Shown one piece after another: positions 1 to 12,579 of a stretch of DNA of 64,000 bases. This stretch comes from Cirrosporium novae-zelandiae (lineage: Eukaryota): positions 496,001-560,000 of the forward strand of contig JAPETS010000020.1 of NCBI GenBank assembly GCA_026023565.1, read 5' to 3'. Numbering within the stretch: the stretch's first letter is position 1; each line of letters starts with the position of its first letter. The position numbers and the translations under genes were made by a program. The notes below the pieces were generated by a model, which was given only the letters and a program-made list of their open reading frames with translations, did no database searches and had not been told where the DNA came from.

Positions 1-3000
1 TTTTATGCTTAGCTATAGATGGGGCCTCACGTGATTTTGCTGCCGGAATTGTCTTCTTCCTCTACCTCTTCGCGCTCACAGCTTACTTTACGATATTGGC
101 TGGCCTTGCTGGCCTGCAATTTCCAGGTTCAGCTTTCAACTCAGTAAGATTCTATTTCCATGCTCTTATGTGTCATAAAATTGCTAACCTCTTTCCCAGG
201 GGAGAAAAATAATCTTGTTCTCCATACCCATTCTTTTCATTTCCCCCATCGTTACCATGTGGGTACGTAATCACGATACATTGATATATCTTGGGGTCAT
301 CTATGCGTTCATTACAATCTTACTCTTTGGATTGAGACGCTGCACCACAAAATGGGCGACTTGGTTTCATAAAATCGTATTCACGAATGATGCAGAACTC
401 AAGGACTGGTATCTCAAAACCAAAGCCGGTGGCGATGAGACAGCGCTGCCAAAGAACGAGCCAGCGGCACTGAAGCTGGCGAGAAAAGCGCTACTTATCG
501 ATGTTCTTGCCGAAACCAAAAAAGGGCCATTCTCTAAAAAGACCAATGATGAGTTCGTTCGAAAGCTTGCGGCGAGCTGGGAGGCGACACACTTTCTTAT
601 GGATTGGTATTGTCCGTATTCTGATACTGCCAAGCCTATCCCTTTCAGTTCATCGTGGAATGCAACCACCAAGGGCTCTGTCAACGTACTCAAACAGACG
701 CAGAAAGGCATTCGCTTACATAGCGCCTTCGTTTTATGGCATCAAGCTGGCGACGAGATTGGCTGTGGTGTGCTGTACTTCTTGGTTGCGCTCCTCGATA
801 AATGGACTGGGCTAGCTGCCAACAATCCGCTTCTCGGTCTTGCTTCTGGTGCTGTTCAATCCTACCGGATAGCTGTTGGACTAGGATTAGCTTATTACCT
901 AATAGGTGCCGTGATTCTAGATACTCAGGCACAGAAACTCCATGTTTTGGCAGCAAAAACCAACGTATCCCCAGTAGCGACAGCACCCGACGTCCGACAA
1001 GCTCAAAGAGACCACGCACGAATGAGGAATCAACTTTACTGGAAAACATTGATGCATTTCTGCTTCTGGCATGTGTGGAGTTTGGCAATAACCGCATCTT
1101 TGGTTTGGACATTCCAAGATAGCAGGGACAACACCTTAATGTTCATACTCTATGTTTTTGCTTATACTGGTCTGCTATGGTATCAATATACCAAGATCTT
1201 TACGTCACGTGCACTTCTACCGCTTTCAATCGCAGTTTTGATTGCCCTACCTGGAGGAATCATCGCTAAAAAACTTCAGCCTGGATTTATTTATACTGAC
1301 GTTCTTGCGCTTGCAATTGCAACCTGGACTGCCGCCATAGGAACGCTTCTGAGAACTGATATTCGGCCTCCCAAGTATGTTGACATGTCGCCAACGGAAC
1401 TTGACGAATCCTATCATGCTTACAGTGAACCATGGGAAGATGAAGATTGGTCACAACAAGAGCTAAAGTCTTTATTTGATAGTCTAGCAGCCCTGCCGGT
1501 CGATGACTGTTTCAAACTGGAACCTGAAATACATCCTGGATCCGTTGTGCAAACCACACTTCTAAACTACCTCACAAAATTCGGAGACCCGGCGATCAAG
1601 AAAGCTTTCCCCGCAGCTCCTCAATGCGTGGAGCGTTGCATCCAAGATTGGAGAGTTGGGCACATCGGATTATTTTTGATTCCTCGACGGGCCCTTGCTG
1701 GGTTTAGTCAAGGCATTCGAGCTATTAGCCGTACAAATCCTGATGGGACAATACAAATAATGATTGGGGTTGGGAGAGAGGGCGAGGGAGACAGGGCTAT
1801 TGACATCAACCGGTTCTGCTTCGACGCAGCACAGATAGCGCTTCACGCCGTTTCCGAGACTATTTATAGCCTACCCCATAACCACTCTTACTTGATGGAG
1901 TCCCTTCTCACCCCTCTTACAGAAGACCCGGTGGAGTTTTTGTATGAAGACTACAACCGTCCTCTATTGTCTGGTTCAAATTTTTCGGGTAAGTATCCAA
2001 CTGCCTCGAAATATTGGGAGTTGCAACAACTAAGCTATCTTTGCTTTGGAATCCGCTTTGAGACTGAGTGGGAAGACCTGCCTGGCGATATCCGGCGAGT
2101 ATTTTTGCAACGGCTATTGGGCCAGGGTTCCAAATTATCTGATAATCAGTGGGAATGGCTTCAAGTAAGATTCTGTGGATCAGACAAGCTTGACATCGAA
2201 ACTTTTATCGCTAGATGCAACTATGGCGTCTCCCTTGCTTCAGAACACCAAAAAGCCTTCTCTAATTTGGACGACGACAATCTTTTGTTGGATGGTGATG
2301 CGGATGACGATAATCAAGAACAACTTATGTTTGTAGCTACCGATTTGAAGCCATCATGGTCAACTAAAGCTTTAGAACTGATTCGAATTCCGATGACCTT
2401 CATCCTACAATGTGTCAAGTTCTTCACTTTTGCCATGATTGCTGAGCCAGAGCTTCAACGAGAGCTTGACTACGTCCTTGATGAGAAACCGGTCATCTTT
2501 AGAATTCCTGCTAAGCTATTTATCAATTTTGTCTGGGTCTATGGCAAATGTACGCAGCGATTAGCTCTTCCGTTTTTCCTCCTCCATGGACGAGAAGACG
2601 TTTCTTGCTTGTGGGGGGACCTTCGGGGAACTATCATTAAGATTAAGGCGAAATCTATCCAGGTCCGAAATTCTGGCAAAATATTTACATCATTTGTCAG
2701 CAAGAACAAAGGAGGATACAAATTACACCAGTACGAAGGTCTTCTCACTCGCCAGCCTCCGGAAGAGAAAGACTTGCAATCAGTCATGACATTTTCTAGA
2801 GACACGCTTCTCACTAACCGCAAAGAATATGACAAAAAGGGCCTTGTCAATGAATATCAATATGAATATGTCAATCACCAAAATTCCTCACGTCGGGTTC
2901 GAAAGCAGCATTCGAGACTGCCAATATCACGTACATGTGTTGATGGCAAAAACCAGGGCCAAATTATCTATTACAACAGAGAAGGATTAACGGAGGCTGG

Positions 3001-6000
3001 TTCCTATATGAAAGACGGGAACTTCATTCGATTCAAGTATCATTATCGGAAACATGCTCGCCTTAGCGAACAGCTGCTTCGAGCAGAGTTTGCTTTGGGT
3101 CATATCACTGTAACTGTGTCTTGGTGTGCTCCTCCAACACGTCACCAGGAGAAAACCAGTCACTGGGTAAGATATCTTCCTCCAAGTTGCGAATACTAGA
3201 TTGCTAATAGCACTAAAGATTCCCCACTCTAAAGTGATGGAGGCAACCTTCGTCATTGGAGCTGATATTTACGAATGCAAGTGGTTTTATCAGGAAGATA
3301 AACATCATCCATTTATTCTTACAACCTTGAATGGTGATGAGGTTCTTACGCCCCCTCTAGTCGAATATGACTACCTTGGGATCCTTCGCAAACCTAAGGA
3401 CTGCAGCTTTCTAGAAGAGAACCCATTTGCTTCTTTCAATTCTTTAAGAGCTAACCCAATTGTCCGATGGCTTGGGTTGAACACTCACTGTTTTCCGATG
3501 TCGACGGGGCGAGCACGATCCCAGCTGTGGAAAGCCTGGAAAGACTCTGCAAGTTTTGACGGCGTAATGGTCAGATTCCTTGACGAGAGGCTTCTTAGAA
3601 GAGATCGACTACTCATCCCTTACTGGCGAAAGAGGGATATCGGTAACATTCCGGCTGCGATTCAATATGCAGACATTAATGCAGATGCTATTACTGCAAG
3701 CGTTGACCTTGATGACGACATTGCTAGTTGGTGCCCACTTGCCATCAAAATCACTGATTTTTTCCACTTTGGCTCCGGGGGTGATGCTGTCGCTAACACC
3801 AAACCTGATATTCTACATCCCGATACACGTGAAGCTCTACATGTGATGGCGTTAGATTCTGGCACTTGGCCAAATGAGGTTTGTACTCTAATATTCTCTC
3901 TAGATTATAAATGCTAATAGAATATGATTAATAGGGTGGCGGAGTATCGGCTTGCCGTCGAGATTTGATTAACAACCTAAAATCAATCCGGTGGCATATG
4001 GTTGTAGAGTCTGCGACCGACTTTGGAATTCCAAAACATCAAACAGAGGAAAATGTTCAGTCACTGAAGCTCATTCCCTTGTGGGGACTTGATCTCTTAA
4101 CACCCACTCATGGCATCTATCAGAACCGTCTTCATTCTGAGGTTCAAAATATCATTCGCGATGTCCCTCCTTCTGATATTGAGCGACATTTCCTGCCGAA
4201 TCTTGCGGCTCTAGTCAAATGTGCTCGAGCAGCTTCTCTTGATAGAGCAGCTGTTCGACAGTGCACCAGGGCTCTTGTAAATATTAATAGTTACTTCCAA
4301 GGTTCTCGGCATTGGAGTCAAGTTTGGAAAAGCGACATCGTCAAAAGTAGCTGGAGAAATTTATGGCTAGCGGAAGGGAAAGCTCATGGTCAACCACTTC
4401 CACCCTGGTTCGACACAGAGTTGCCAACATTAACGCACCTTGATACAGCGCTCGAGCTCTGGTTCAGGTATCTCTTCATCTTTTCCATCCCTATTCCAGA
4501 CAACATTCCGGCAGTTTTCCAGGCATCCCACCACAGTGTCAGTGCTACCTATGGGGTTATTTGCAAAATCAAGCATGGCTGCCAACTTCAGATCTGGGAC
4601 CATGCTATCAGTTGGAGAGAAACTAATCTTTGTCTCTCTTCAGCTCTATGCAAGCTACCACCATTTGTCCGAAATGCACTTCTTGGGTTAATGCGTATCA
4701 CTTCAGTACTTGTCCTGCACCATGCCGATGTCATTCTTCCTTGTGCGGATTTCTTCAATCCAGGATGGGAGGTTCAAATTGGCACGTGCCAAGGAGCTCT
4801 GGAGCACCCAAGCTCATTTGCACGGAAGGTTGACCCAATAGTCAATGGTATCCCGAACATGGAAAAATTTGCCCCTATCAAAGAGGTCAAGTCCAAGAAG
4901 CCCACGGTTACTATGCTATCCCATGTATGGTTCGCGAAGGATATAAAGACCGCACTTTTAGCCGCAGATATCATTGTCAATCAATGGGGCTTCGAAGATT
5001 ACCAACTAGATATCTACGGAGCCCTCGACAAAGCGCCGACTTATTCAACAGAATGCCAAGAAGTTGCTTCATCAAAAGGATTGAGGAAAAATGTCAACCT
5101 ATGTGGACCTTCAGATGCTTTGAAGGTTCTAGAAAAAACGGTACGCACCTTGAATTTTTAGTTCAATTATTGTTACTGATATGTTTCTTTAGTGGGTATT
5201 CCTAAATTCCTCGATCTCAGAAGGCCTCCCACTAGCACTTGGAGAAGCTGCTTTAACTGGCGCACCAATTGTTTGCACTGATGTCGGTGCTTCGATGAGA
5301 GTTCTAAGTAACCCTGAGGACTTTAAACGATATAGTGCTGTTGTGGCTCCTAATGACGCCACTGCCTTGGCCCGGGCTCAGATTAACCTTCTTGGAATGT
5401 TGGATGAATGGAGTGCCTATGCTGGGGATGCGCCGGGAGAAGTCGTCCCTACCTTACCAACTTCTCCTTCTCCTGATGACGTTGCAAAGATCACTAAGCG
5501 AATGTATGCCAAAAGCGGCCAGTTGCGTAAACTCGGTATGAAGGCCCGAGACATCATCCAAAGATCCTTCAGCGGCGAGAGGTATCTTCGAGAACATGAG
5601 CAGATGCTATGGGTTGGCAAGGCTCGCAATCAAATGGTGACCGGCACGCTCGAAGTACCTCTCCCTCTCCAGAGATCGGGTTATGCAACTCCGGTCGACA
5701 GTGAAACCATGACTTTTCCTAAGCCAGCCTTACCACCATGGCGGAATTCATGGAGAAATTCCAGAAGCCCATCTCCCTCTAGGTCCTCTACACCTCGAAG
5801 ACGTTCTCCAGCGCCTTCATTTTCTCCTAGTCTTGGAGGATCGACAGAAGTGGAGCGCCCCCTACGGCCACGAAGTCGAGTTTCGTTCGCTCGCAAATCC
5901 GGTGATGTAGGGAGAATGAAACTACACTTAAGGGAAGATTCACGACAAAGTACATTCAGTCACTTAAGCTCACCTAGTGTCTCTTCAACTCCTCGGCGGT

Positions 6001-6056
6001 CAGAAGTGTTTGACCCTCCCGAGAGTCCACTGCATAGGGTAACACGAATTCCCTAA
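1..6056 (+). CDS. gtb3: Very large multi-TM GT4 (PelF-like) glycosyltransferase, 5'-truncated by window edge; resembles galactosaminogalactan synthase Gtb3
   Basis: ORFs 215-3199, 3201-3917, 3965-5161 and 5295-6056 join in frame through GT-AG introns 144-199, 3167-3218, 3879-3934 and 5141-5192. Multiple hydrophobic TM segments in the first ORF. The spliced C-terminal exon reads WVFLNSSISEGLPLALGEAALTGAPIVCTDVGA (GT4 E-x7-E motif), preceded by KDIKTALLAADII. GT4 family call is strong; Gtb3 orthology is from recall of the architecture. Confidence 0.75.
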
Positions 6057-6552
6057 TATTTTCTTTTTTTATGTTTTTGCTCGCGAATTTTGGTCTTGGG
6101 GGAATAACGGAAAACAATTGGGCATGACGACATTGGTCTGTGTTATAAGGGAAGGATATTATGGTTGATTGTACTGTACAAACTAGCATTTACTGTGGTC
6201 ATATTTCGATGTTTTGATTTGATTTGATTAGCGGCATTCGAGAGTGGTTAGCATATAATATAATAATTAAATATATCTATTGTTGACAAGGTAATGATTC
6301 TTCTGTGTAGACTACAAGTTAAATTATGGCAATTGCCGGACTAAAAGTCACGATTCGGTTCCGGTGACGATACAGCCGATGGAGCTTCAAGACCTCTCTA
6401 ACCAAGCTTCCAACTTAATCTCAATCCCCACCGGGCCTTTCACCGTCTCAACATTATACCTTCACGCCGTCGTCGATATCTTTGGAGCATTCGCGCTCCA
6501 TCCTCTCCACGTCCTGAAACTTGTTTCCCTCTCCTAGTAAATCTTTGTCACC

Positions 6553-8463
6553 ATGGCTCCGATACTAGATCCCCGCATGACCACCGTCACTCCTCGACTG
6601 CGCTACAATACCATTGGAGGTGTCAACGGCCCACTGGTTATTTTAGACGATGTATATACCTTTGAAGCCTTAATGCGCTACAAGAAACTTGTTGATATGC
6701 CTTCAGGTCAAATTTCCTCGGTACAACGAAATTGTCTCGTTGACTTTACCCGATGGCACTGAACGCTCTGGGCAGGTTCTTGAAGCTCGAGGTAACTAGT
6801 TCAATCTACTATTGTGCGTTTTGCCCAAGACTAATCTAGAAATATAGGCAACCGAGCCATCGTCCAGGTAATACAGCTTTTGGACTTAATATAACTACAA
6901 CTTACAAATATCTAGGTGTTCGAAGGAACTTCTGGCATTGATGTTAAGAAGGTAGATTCCCCAGCTGCTGGTCCTATATCTACCATACTGATGAGTATTA
7001 GACCAAAGTCGAGTTCAGTGGACACAGTTTGAAGCTTGGCGTCTCCGAAGACATGTTGGGAAGAATATTCGACGGGTCGGGTCGAGCTATTGACAAAGGA
7101 CCCAAAGTGCTTGCTGAGGATTATCTTGATATCAATGGCAGTCCTATCAATCCCTACTCTCGTGTTAGTAAATCCTTGCCATGAATCTATTTAGAGAATA
7201 GAGGGGTAACAATATTTCAGGCCTACCCGGAAGAAATGATCGCAACGGGTATTTCAGCTATCGATACCATGAACTCGATTTCCCGTGGTCAAAAGATTCC
7301 CATCTTCTCTGCCGCCGGTCTCCCCCACAACGAAATCGCTGCACAGATATGTCGTCAAGCAGGTCTAGTCAAAAAGCCTACAAAAGGTGTTCATGACGGT
7401 CACGAGGAGAACTTCTCTATTGTCTTTGCCGCTATGGGTGTGAATATGGAAACAAGTCGATTCTTTACAAGGGATTTCGAGGAGAACGGCAGTATGGAAC
7501 GTGTTACACTGTTCTTGAACCTGGCCAATGACCCAACGTGAGCGCCTGATTGTCCGCATTGAAAGATTAAGCTAATTATTTGCAGCATCGAACGTATCAT
7601 TACCCCTCGTCTGGCTCTTACGACCGCCGAATATTATGCTTACCAACTCGAGAAGCACGTGTTGGTTATTCTTACCGACTTATCCTCGTACTGTGATGCT
7701 CTTCGTGAGGTGTCCGCTGCCCGAGAAGAAGTGCCTGGTCGTCGTGGATATCCAGGTTACATGTATACTGATTTATCTACCATCTACGAACGTGCAGGAC
7801 GTGTGGAGGGACGTAATGGATCTATTACACAGATTCCTATTTTGACTATGCCCAACGACGGTACATTCCCAATGCCAAAGTTCAGATTCTCTAGATACTG
7901 ACATTTGGTTAGATATCACCCACCCCATTCCCGACTTAACTGGTTACATTACCGAAGGCCAAATCTTCGTCGACCGTCAACTCCACAACAAAGGCATCTA
8001 TCCTCCCATCAACGTTCTCCCCTCCCTTTCTCGTCTCATGAAGTCCGCCATCGGCGAAGGCCTCACCCGCAAAGACCACGGCGATGTCTCCAATCAACTC
8101 TACGCTAAATACGCCATCGGCCGTGACGCCGCAGCTATGAAAGCCGTCGTCGGTGAAGAAGCCCTTTCCTCGGAAGACAAGCTCTCGCTCGAATTCCTTG
8201 ACAAATTCGAACGAACCTTTATTTCGCAATCAGCGTACGAGAGCCGCACAGTCTTCGAGTCCCTTGATCTGGCGTGGAATTTGTTGAGGATCTATCCCAA
8301 GGAATTGCTGAACAGGATTCCAGCTAAGGTCCTGAATGAGTTTTACCAGAGGAGCGGCAAGGGCAAGAGGAGAGATATGGAGGCTGAGGGACAGGGCAGC
8401 AAAGATACTAAGGATAATAGCAAGCCTACGGACGGAGAGACGGAGAATTTGATTGATGCTTGA
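6553..8463 (+). CDS. VMA2: V-type H+-ATPase subunit B
   Basis: Motifs [81 protein letters not shown]. About 7 short GT-AG introns, including a 20-nt exon at 6848-6867. Confidence 0.97.
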
Positions 8464-9167
8464 TTGAGATCTTGAACGCTAGTGATGAATGAGGGTGATG
8501 ATGTTGGGAGGAGGAATTTTGCGTTTGCGCCTGCTCGTGGGGAAGCGGGCAGGTTTGGCTGTTTCGATATAAATATACATTCTCCCGGATTCTGATCCGA
8601 ACTAAAGTGAGGCTGGCTTCGAGGTTCATCGTCATGCAATGCATAACTTCCACTATCTATGCCCCAGCTTTTGGTATACCTTTTTTTGTCTGGTAATTGG
8701 AGCATGTAGAATGGTGGAATGGTCTGTATGTGTATATGCTAGTCGAAGTTTAGTGACGTGGAGAGCGTATCTTGTTCCATAGAAAAATGAATAGATATCC
8801 TATTGGCGTGTGCTTGTTGCATTTGCAAAATTTCTTAATATATGGCCGTAGCGACCACTGGAATGACCAACTAACACTTAATCCATCCCAATAACAGATT
8901 GATATCATATTATATATCTACTCACACATATCTCCTCTAGGGGGCGTCAGGTACCTCAAGGACGGATGAAAAGACCAATTCAAAATCCTACGTTATACGG
9001 ACCGAGCGAGTGCTTCATATAACGCCAATAACAAGCTCCATCCTCCCGCAGGTATGTCAATTAAACATAAATTCATCCCTCCTAGTCTGGGCCTCTAGCC
9101 TCATGGAGGATTAGACAGACAGCGCTTGGTGCCGTTTTATGGAATCTCGTTCCAAGGTGGACTCAAT

Positions 9168-10861
9168 CTATGAAAAGTCTTCGCCCTTCTCTTCGATGGA
9201 GTTCTTCACCCTTAGGAGAAGCGTGGTCTTCCATTTGTCGAGCTACAAAGCCTTTTGTCAGTATTGGGTTTTCTCGATACATATACAACAATGCGCCGAC
9301 ACCGTAAGGAGGGCCTTTGTAGAGTGGGTGAAACAACTATTTACCTTGCTCAACTGATCAAACTGAAACAGCTTATCGGCAAATGCATCTTGGTCTCCTT
9401 CCTCGACGGCTGCTGCGAGGTCGGTTAGGAGAGCGTGTTCCCTAGTGCTGGCGAACGTGTTATCCAGTTCGCGGTATTGTTCAAGAGCCCTGTTTGTTGC
9501 GACTATATCGTTGCTAGCGAGGTGACTGTTGCGGATGAAAGGTTAACCATGATTTTAAATAGTAATCGCTTTTTGAATCTTACCAGATGCCGGCCTTCAA
9601 GAAATAATCTTTCACGGACCATTTCATAAGGTTACTACTTATGCTGCTCTTTGCGACTCGTTCGTAATGTCCGATGGCTTTGTAGTAATCGCTCTCCATG
9701 GCAGCGAGATCCGCAACTTTAAGGAATAGCTTATTTGCTAGGCTAAAAGGGTTGGTTAGATATTAGTGCAACCTGATATATATTGCGACTGGTTTATCCA
9801 TAGGGAAAACTTACGCTTCCTGAGGACGCCATATATTAGCAAGGTAGCAGGTCCATGTATTAAGAGAGGATACTCACAGCATTATCAGACTCATACCCTA
9901 ACAGCGTCATGGGTCAGTAAGTTCGTAGATTAGAATATGATAGAGGAACACTCACAGCCAGCTGCTGTCTAATAGCATCATCAGTCAATTAATCGGGTGT
10001 CTCCCTTTGCGTACAATGGCTCAACCTGGGATTCACGAACCTCATATGCTTCCAAAGCCCGTTTAACGTCGCCAAGCTCATTCTCATAGAGTTCTGCGAG
10101 ATTATTTTGATGCTTGAGGGGATAGTCAGCCGCTGTTAACGTCCTCCTCCACTTATGCGACCCAAGGGTTTGAAACGTACTGTGGCCGCTCTCCTGAAGT
10201 TTCCTTTCAGTGTATAATGCTATACAACATTAGTCTCACGAAATCTCATTCATACACATTAAGTAGTGATTATATTGCCCACCTGAATACTCTTTGTAAG
10301 TACCCTAGCAGCTGCCTCGGGTTCGTCTTTTCGATAGACTTTGAAAGCCTAATAGTCGAAAAATCAGCCATCGCAATCGAGACTTATAATATGATGGTAG
10401 CGAACCTCTGTTAACGTGTTCGCCATATCATCAGGCTCCGAAAGTTTGTCTGCCTGAATAGCTGCCGCCTTTTCGACTGAAGGGATGAGTTAGCGGTCAT
10501 GGCAGCGCATGATCGAACATGATTCAGCGTACAGCAAGATCCCGCCTCCTTGTTCAACTTTTGCATCCTGAAGGCATTGGCAGCCTGCATATATAGGTCT
10601 AAAACATTATCGTTAATGGAATGGCCATCACTAAAGATGTGGTTGGTGGGGGGCGGGGTTGTGTGCTCATTCAAGGGATATTGTACCGGCTGCGCGTTCG
10701 AATTTCTCGCCTCTACCACCGAAGAGGCTGAATCCACCAGAAGCGCTGGAGATCTCCCTCTCCGCCTAGAGTAAACAAGTATTAGTTGAAATTTATGCGA
10801 GGTGTAGGTACAAAGAGGGGTACTGTGCCTTCTGTAACAGAACTCTGGGATCTTGAGCCAT
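9168..10861 (-). CDS. SEC17: Alpha-SNAP vesicle fusion protein, at least 12 introns
   Basis: Spliced translation MAQDPRVLLQK|AEREISSASGGFSLFGGRGEKFERAAD...QAANAFRMQKLNKEAG...HYTLKGNFRRAAT...NLMKWSVKDYFLKAGI...LDKWKTTLLLRVKNSIEEKGEDFS*. Mostly missed by the ORF track. Confidence 0.95.
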
Positions 10862-11147
10862 GGTTCTAGGTTGTTCGCATGAACTATCGGGAAGATAATG
10901 AATAAACACACAAATGGAGATCTATAAATTGTGTCGTTTGCGCTATCAAAAGGTAAGTGAATCTTGTTAACTGTAAATAGTCCAAAGTGGAAGGAGGAAT
11001 GATGCCAACTCAAAGTTGTTCAATCCCTGTCATTTCATCATCGCGGCCCTTGATATCTCCGACATTTGTCCCCTCCATCTTCTACCCTCTGCCCATAACT
11101 TTCTTTGAGCATTTGTGGCAGAGCAATGTCTATTTCCGATTCTAACA

Positions 11148-11768
11148 ATGAAGCTTAATCCCTCCACTCTTTATGTTAAGCCTTGTATTTCAGTAGCAAA
11201 ATATCGACTTTTAGTCCCACAATTGACCTCTCAATTCCACCGCCCTCGCTACTTGAGCTCCTCCAGTTCCGACGACAGCTTCCTCTCCGACCTCCTTTCT
11301 AAGCCGACATGGTCTGCACGCTCTCTCCTTCCATCGTCATCTTCCAGCGACCATGATACGCCTACAATAAGCTCTAGACAACTCCACCACCTCCTCCGGT
11401 TATCGGCCCTTCCACCTCCCTCTACCCCAGAAGAAGAAGCATCCATGCTCGCGACTCTTCAATCGCAACTTCACTTTGTGCGTGAAATACAGAATATTGA
11501 CACGAAAGGGGTAGAACCCCTCCGCGCTATCCGAGATGAAACTTCAGTAGCACAAAAAGAATCGGAGATTGGACTGGATGATGAAGAAATAAAAAAAGCT
11601 TTAGAACAAGAGGAAGTAATTGGGCGGAGTAGAAGGATTAGGAGAAAAAATAACGACGATGCGAAATTTGGGGAGAAGAAGGAAGCCGAAGATTGGGAAC
11701 CATTGAAGTGGCCAGAAAAGAAGGTTGGAAGATTTTATATTGTTGAGACCAGTAGGGAAGGGGAGTAA
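11148..11768 (+). CDS. Mitochondrial Glu-tRNA(Gln) amidotransferase small subunit (GatC-like)
   Basis: Single exon. Basic/Ser-rich presequence-like N-terminus; LHHLLRLSALP...LQSQLHFVREIQNIDTKGVEPL resembles the GatC core; ends with a GRFYIV motif. Confidence 0.7.
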   Translation: MKLNPSTLYVKPCISVAKYRLLVPQLTSQFHRPRYLSSSSSDDSFLSDLLSKPTWSARSLLPSSSSSDHDTPTISSRQLHHLLRLSALPPPSTPEEEASMLATLQSQLHFVREIQNIDTKGVEPLRAIRDETSVAQKESEIGLDDEEIKKALEQEEVIGRSRRIRRKNNDDAKFGEKKEAEDWEPLKWPEKKVGRFYIVETSREGE

Positions 11769-12497
11769 GAGCCATAACTTGGAACTGGGTGAATTAACAT
11801 GAACCACGGTTCGAACATCCCGGACCTTGTTATGTGATGTTTTTGTTATGTGCTCCAGCCTCTAGATGAACGCGAAGCATCAAACTGCGGTTAAAAAAGC
11901 CCTAAAGGTGCTTCCCCCAGCAAAGAAAAACAATCTACTTTCAATGAAGAGCTGCTGTTGGAGCAAAGAACCATTCATTATACCGTGCATGGATGTTCAG
12001 TAGCTTGATGTCTTGATGGAAACAAGCTTCACAGCCAAGTTATCCAAGGAGCCGGGCGACCTAATATATAACTGAGCATGCCTATACAATACAATATATT
12101 AGAATGAGCTACTAAGCTATATGGCAATATGCATGCTGGACCTAACGGGAAAGACTCTTTATTGTGGCAGGATTAAATATATATACAGGCCAAACAATAT
12201 TACTATTTTATAGACACACTACATTTCCGCCCTTTACATATTACGACTTTGTACCACAGTCTAGTAAAAAAATCACCAATACAATCTTGGTCATACCCTC
12301 TGAAGGGATGGATATCTACCAAATTTCTTAAAGTTCGAACATAGTACAGTATGTTGAAGTGAAAAATAACGTCGGCCTTCAACCCCCATTCGTCCAATCT
12401 TTCCTCAAAGTACGCAAACCCCGGCTATCCCCCTTTTCTTCACCGCCCCACAAAACAAAAACCAAAAAATTTATCTGCAGAAGCTACTGCTTTTGAA

Positions 12498-12579
12498 CGA
12501 CGCCGACTGGATTTGAACCAGTGCCTCCGAAGAGATGTGATTTCTAGTCACACGCGTTAGACCACTCCGCCACGACGTC
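12498..12579 (-). tRNA. tRNA-Ser (anticodon AGA), intronless
   Basis: Minus strand GACGTCG-TGGCGGAGTGGTCTAACGCG-TGTGA-CTAGAAA-TCACA, long variable arm, then GGTTCAAATCC...CGGCGTC-G. Acceptor, anticodon and T stems pair; T-run about 30 nt downstream. Confidence 0.96.

Noticed and set aside
3167..5192. Frame breaks in the large GT4 gene as frameshifts or a pseudogene
   Set aside because: Each break coincides with a 52-56 nt GT-AG intron that restores the frame.
8482..8598. Box C/D snoRNA (GTGATGA...CTGA) after VMA2
   Set aside because: Lies in the immediate 3' UTR within GAT-rich low-complexity sequence; no rRNA guide recognised.
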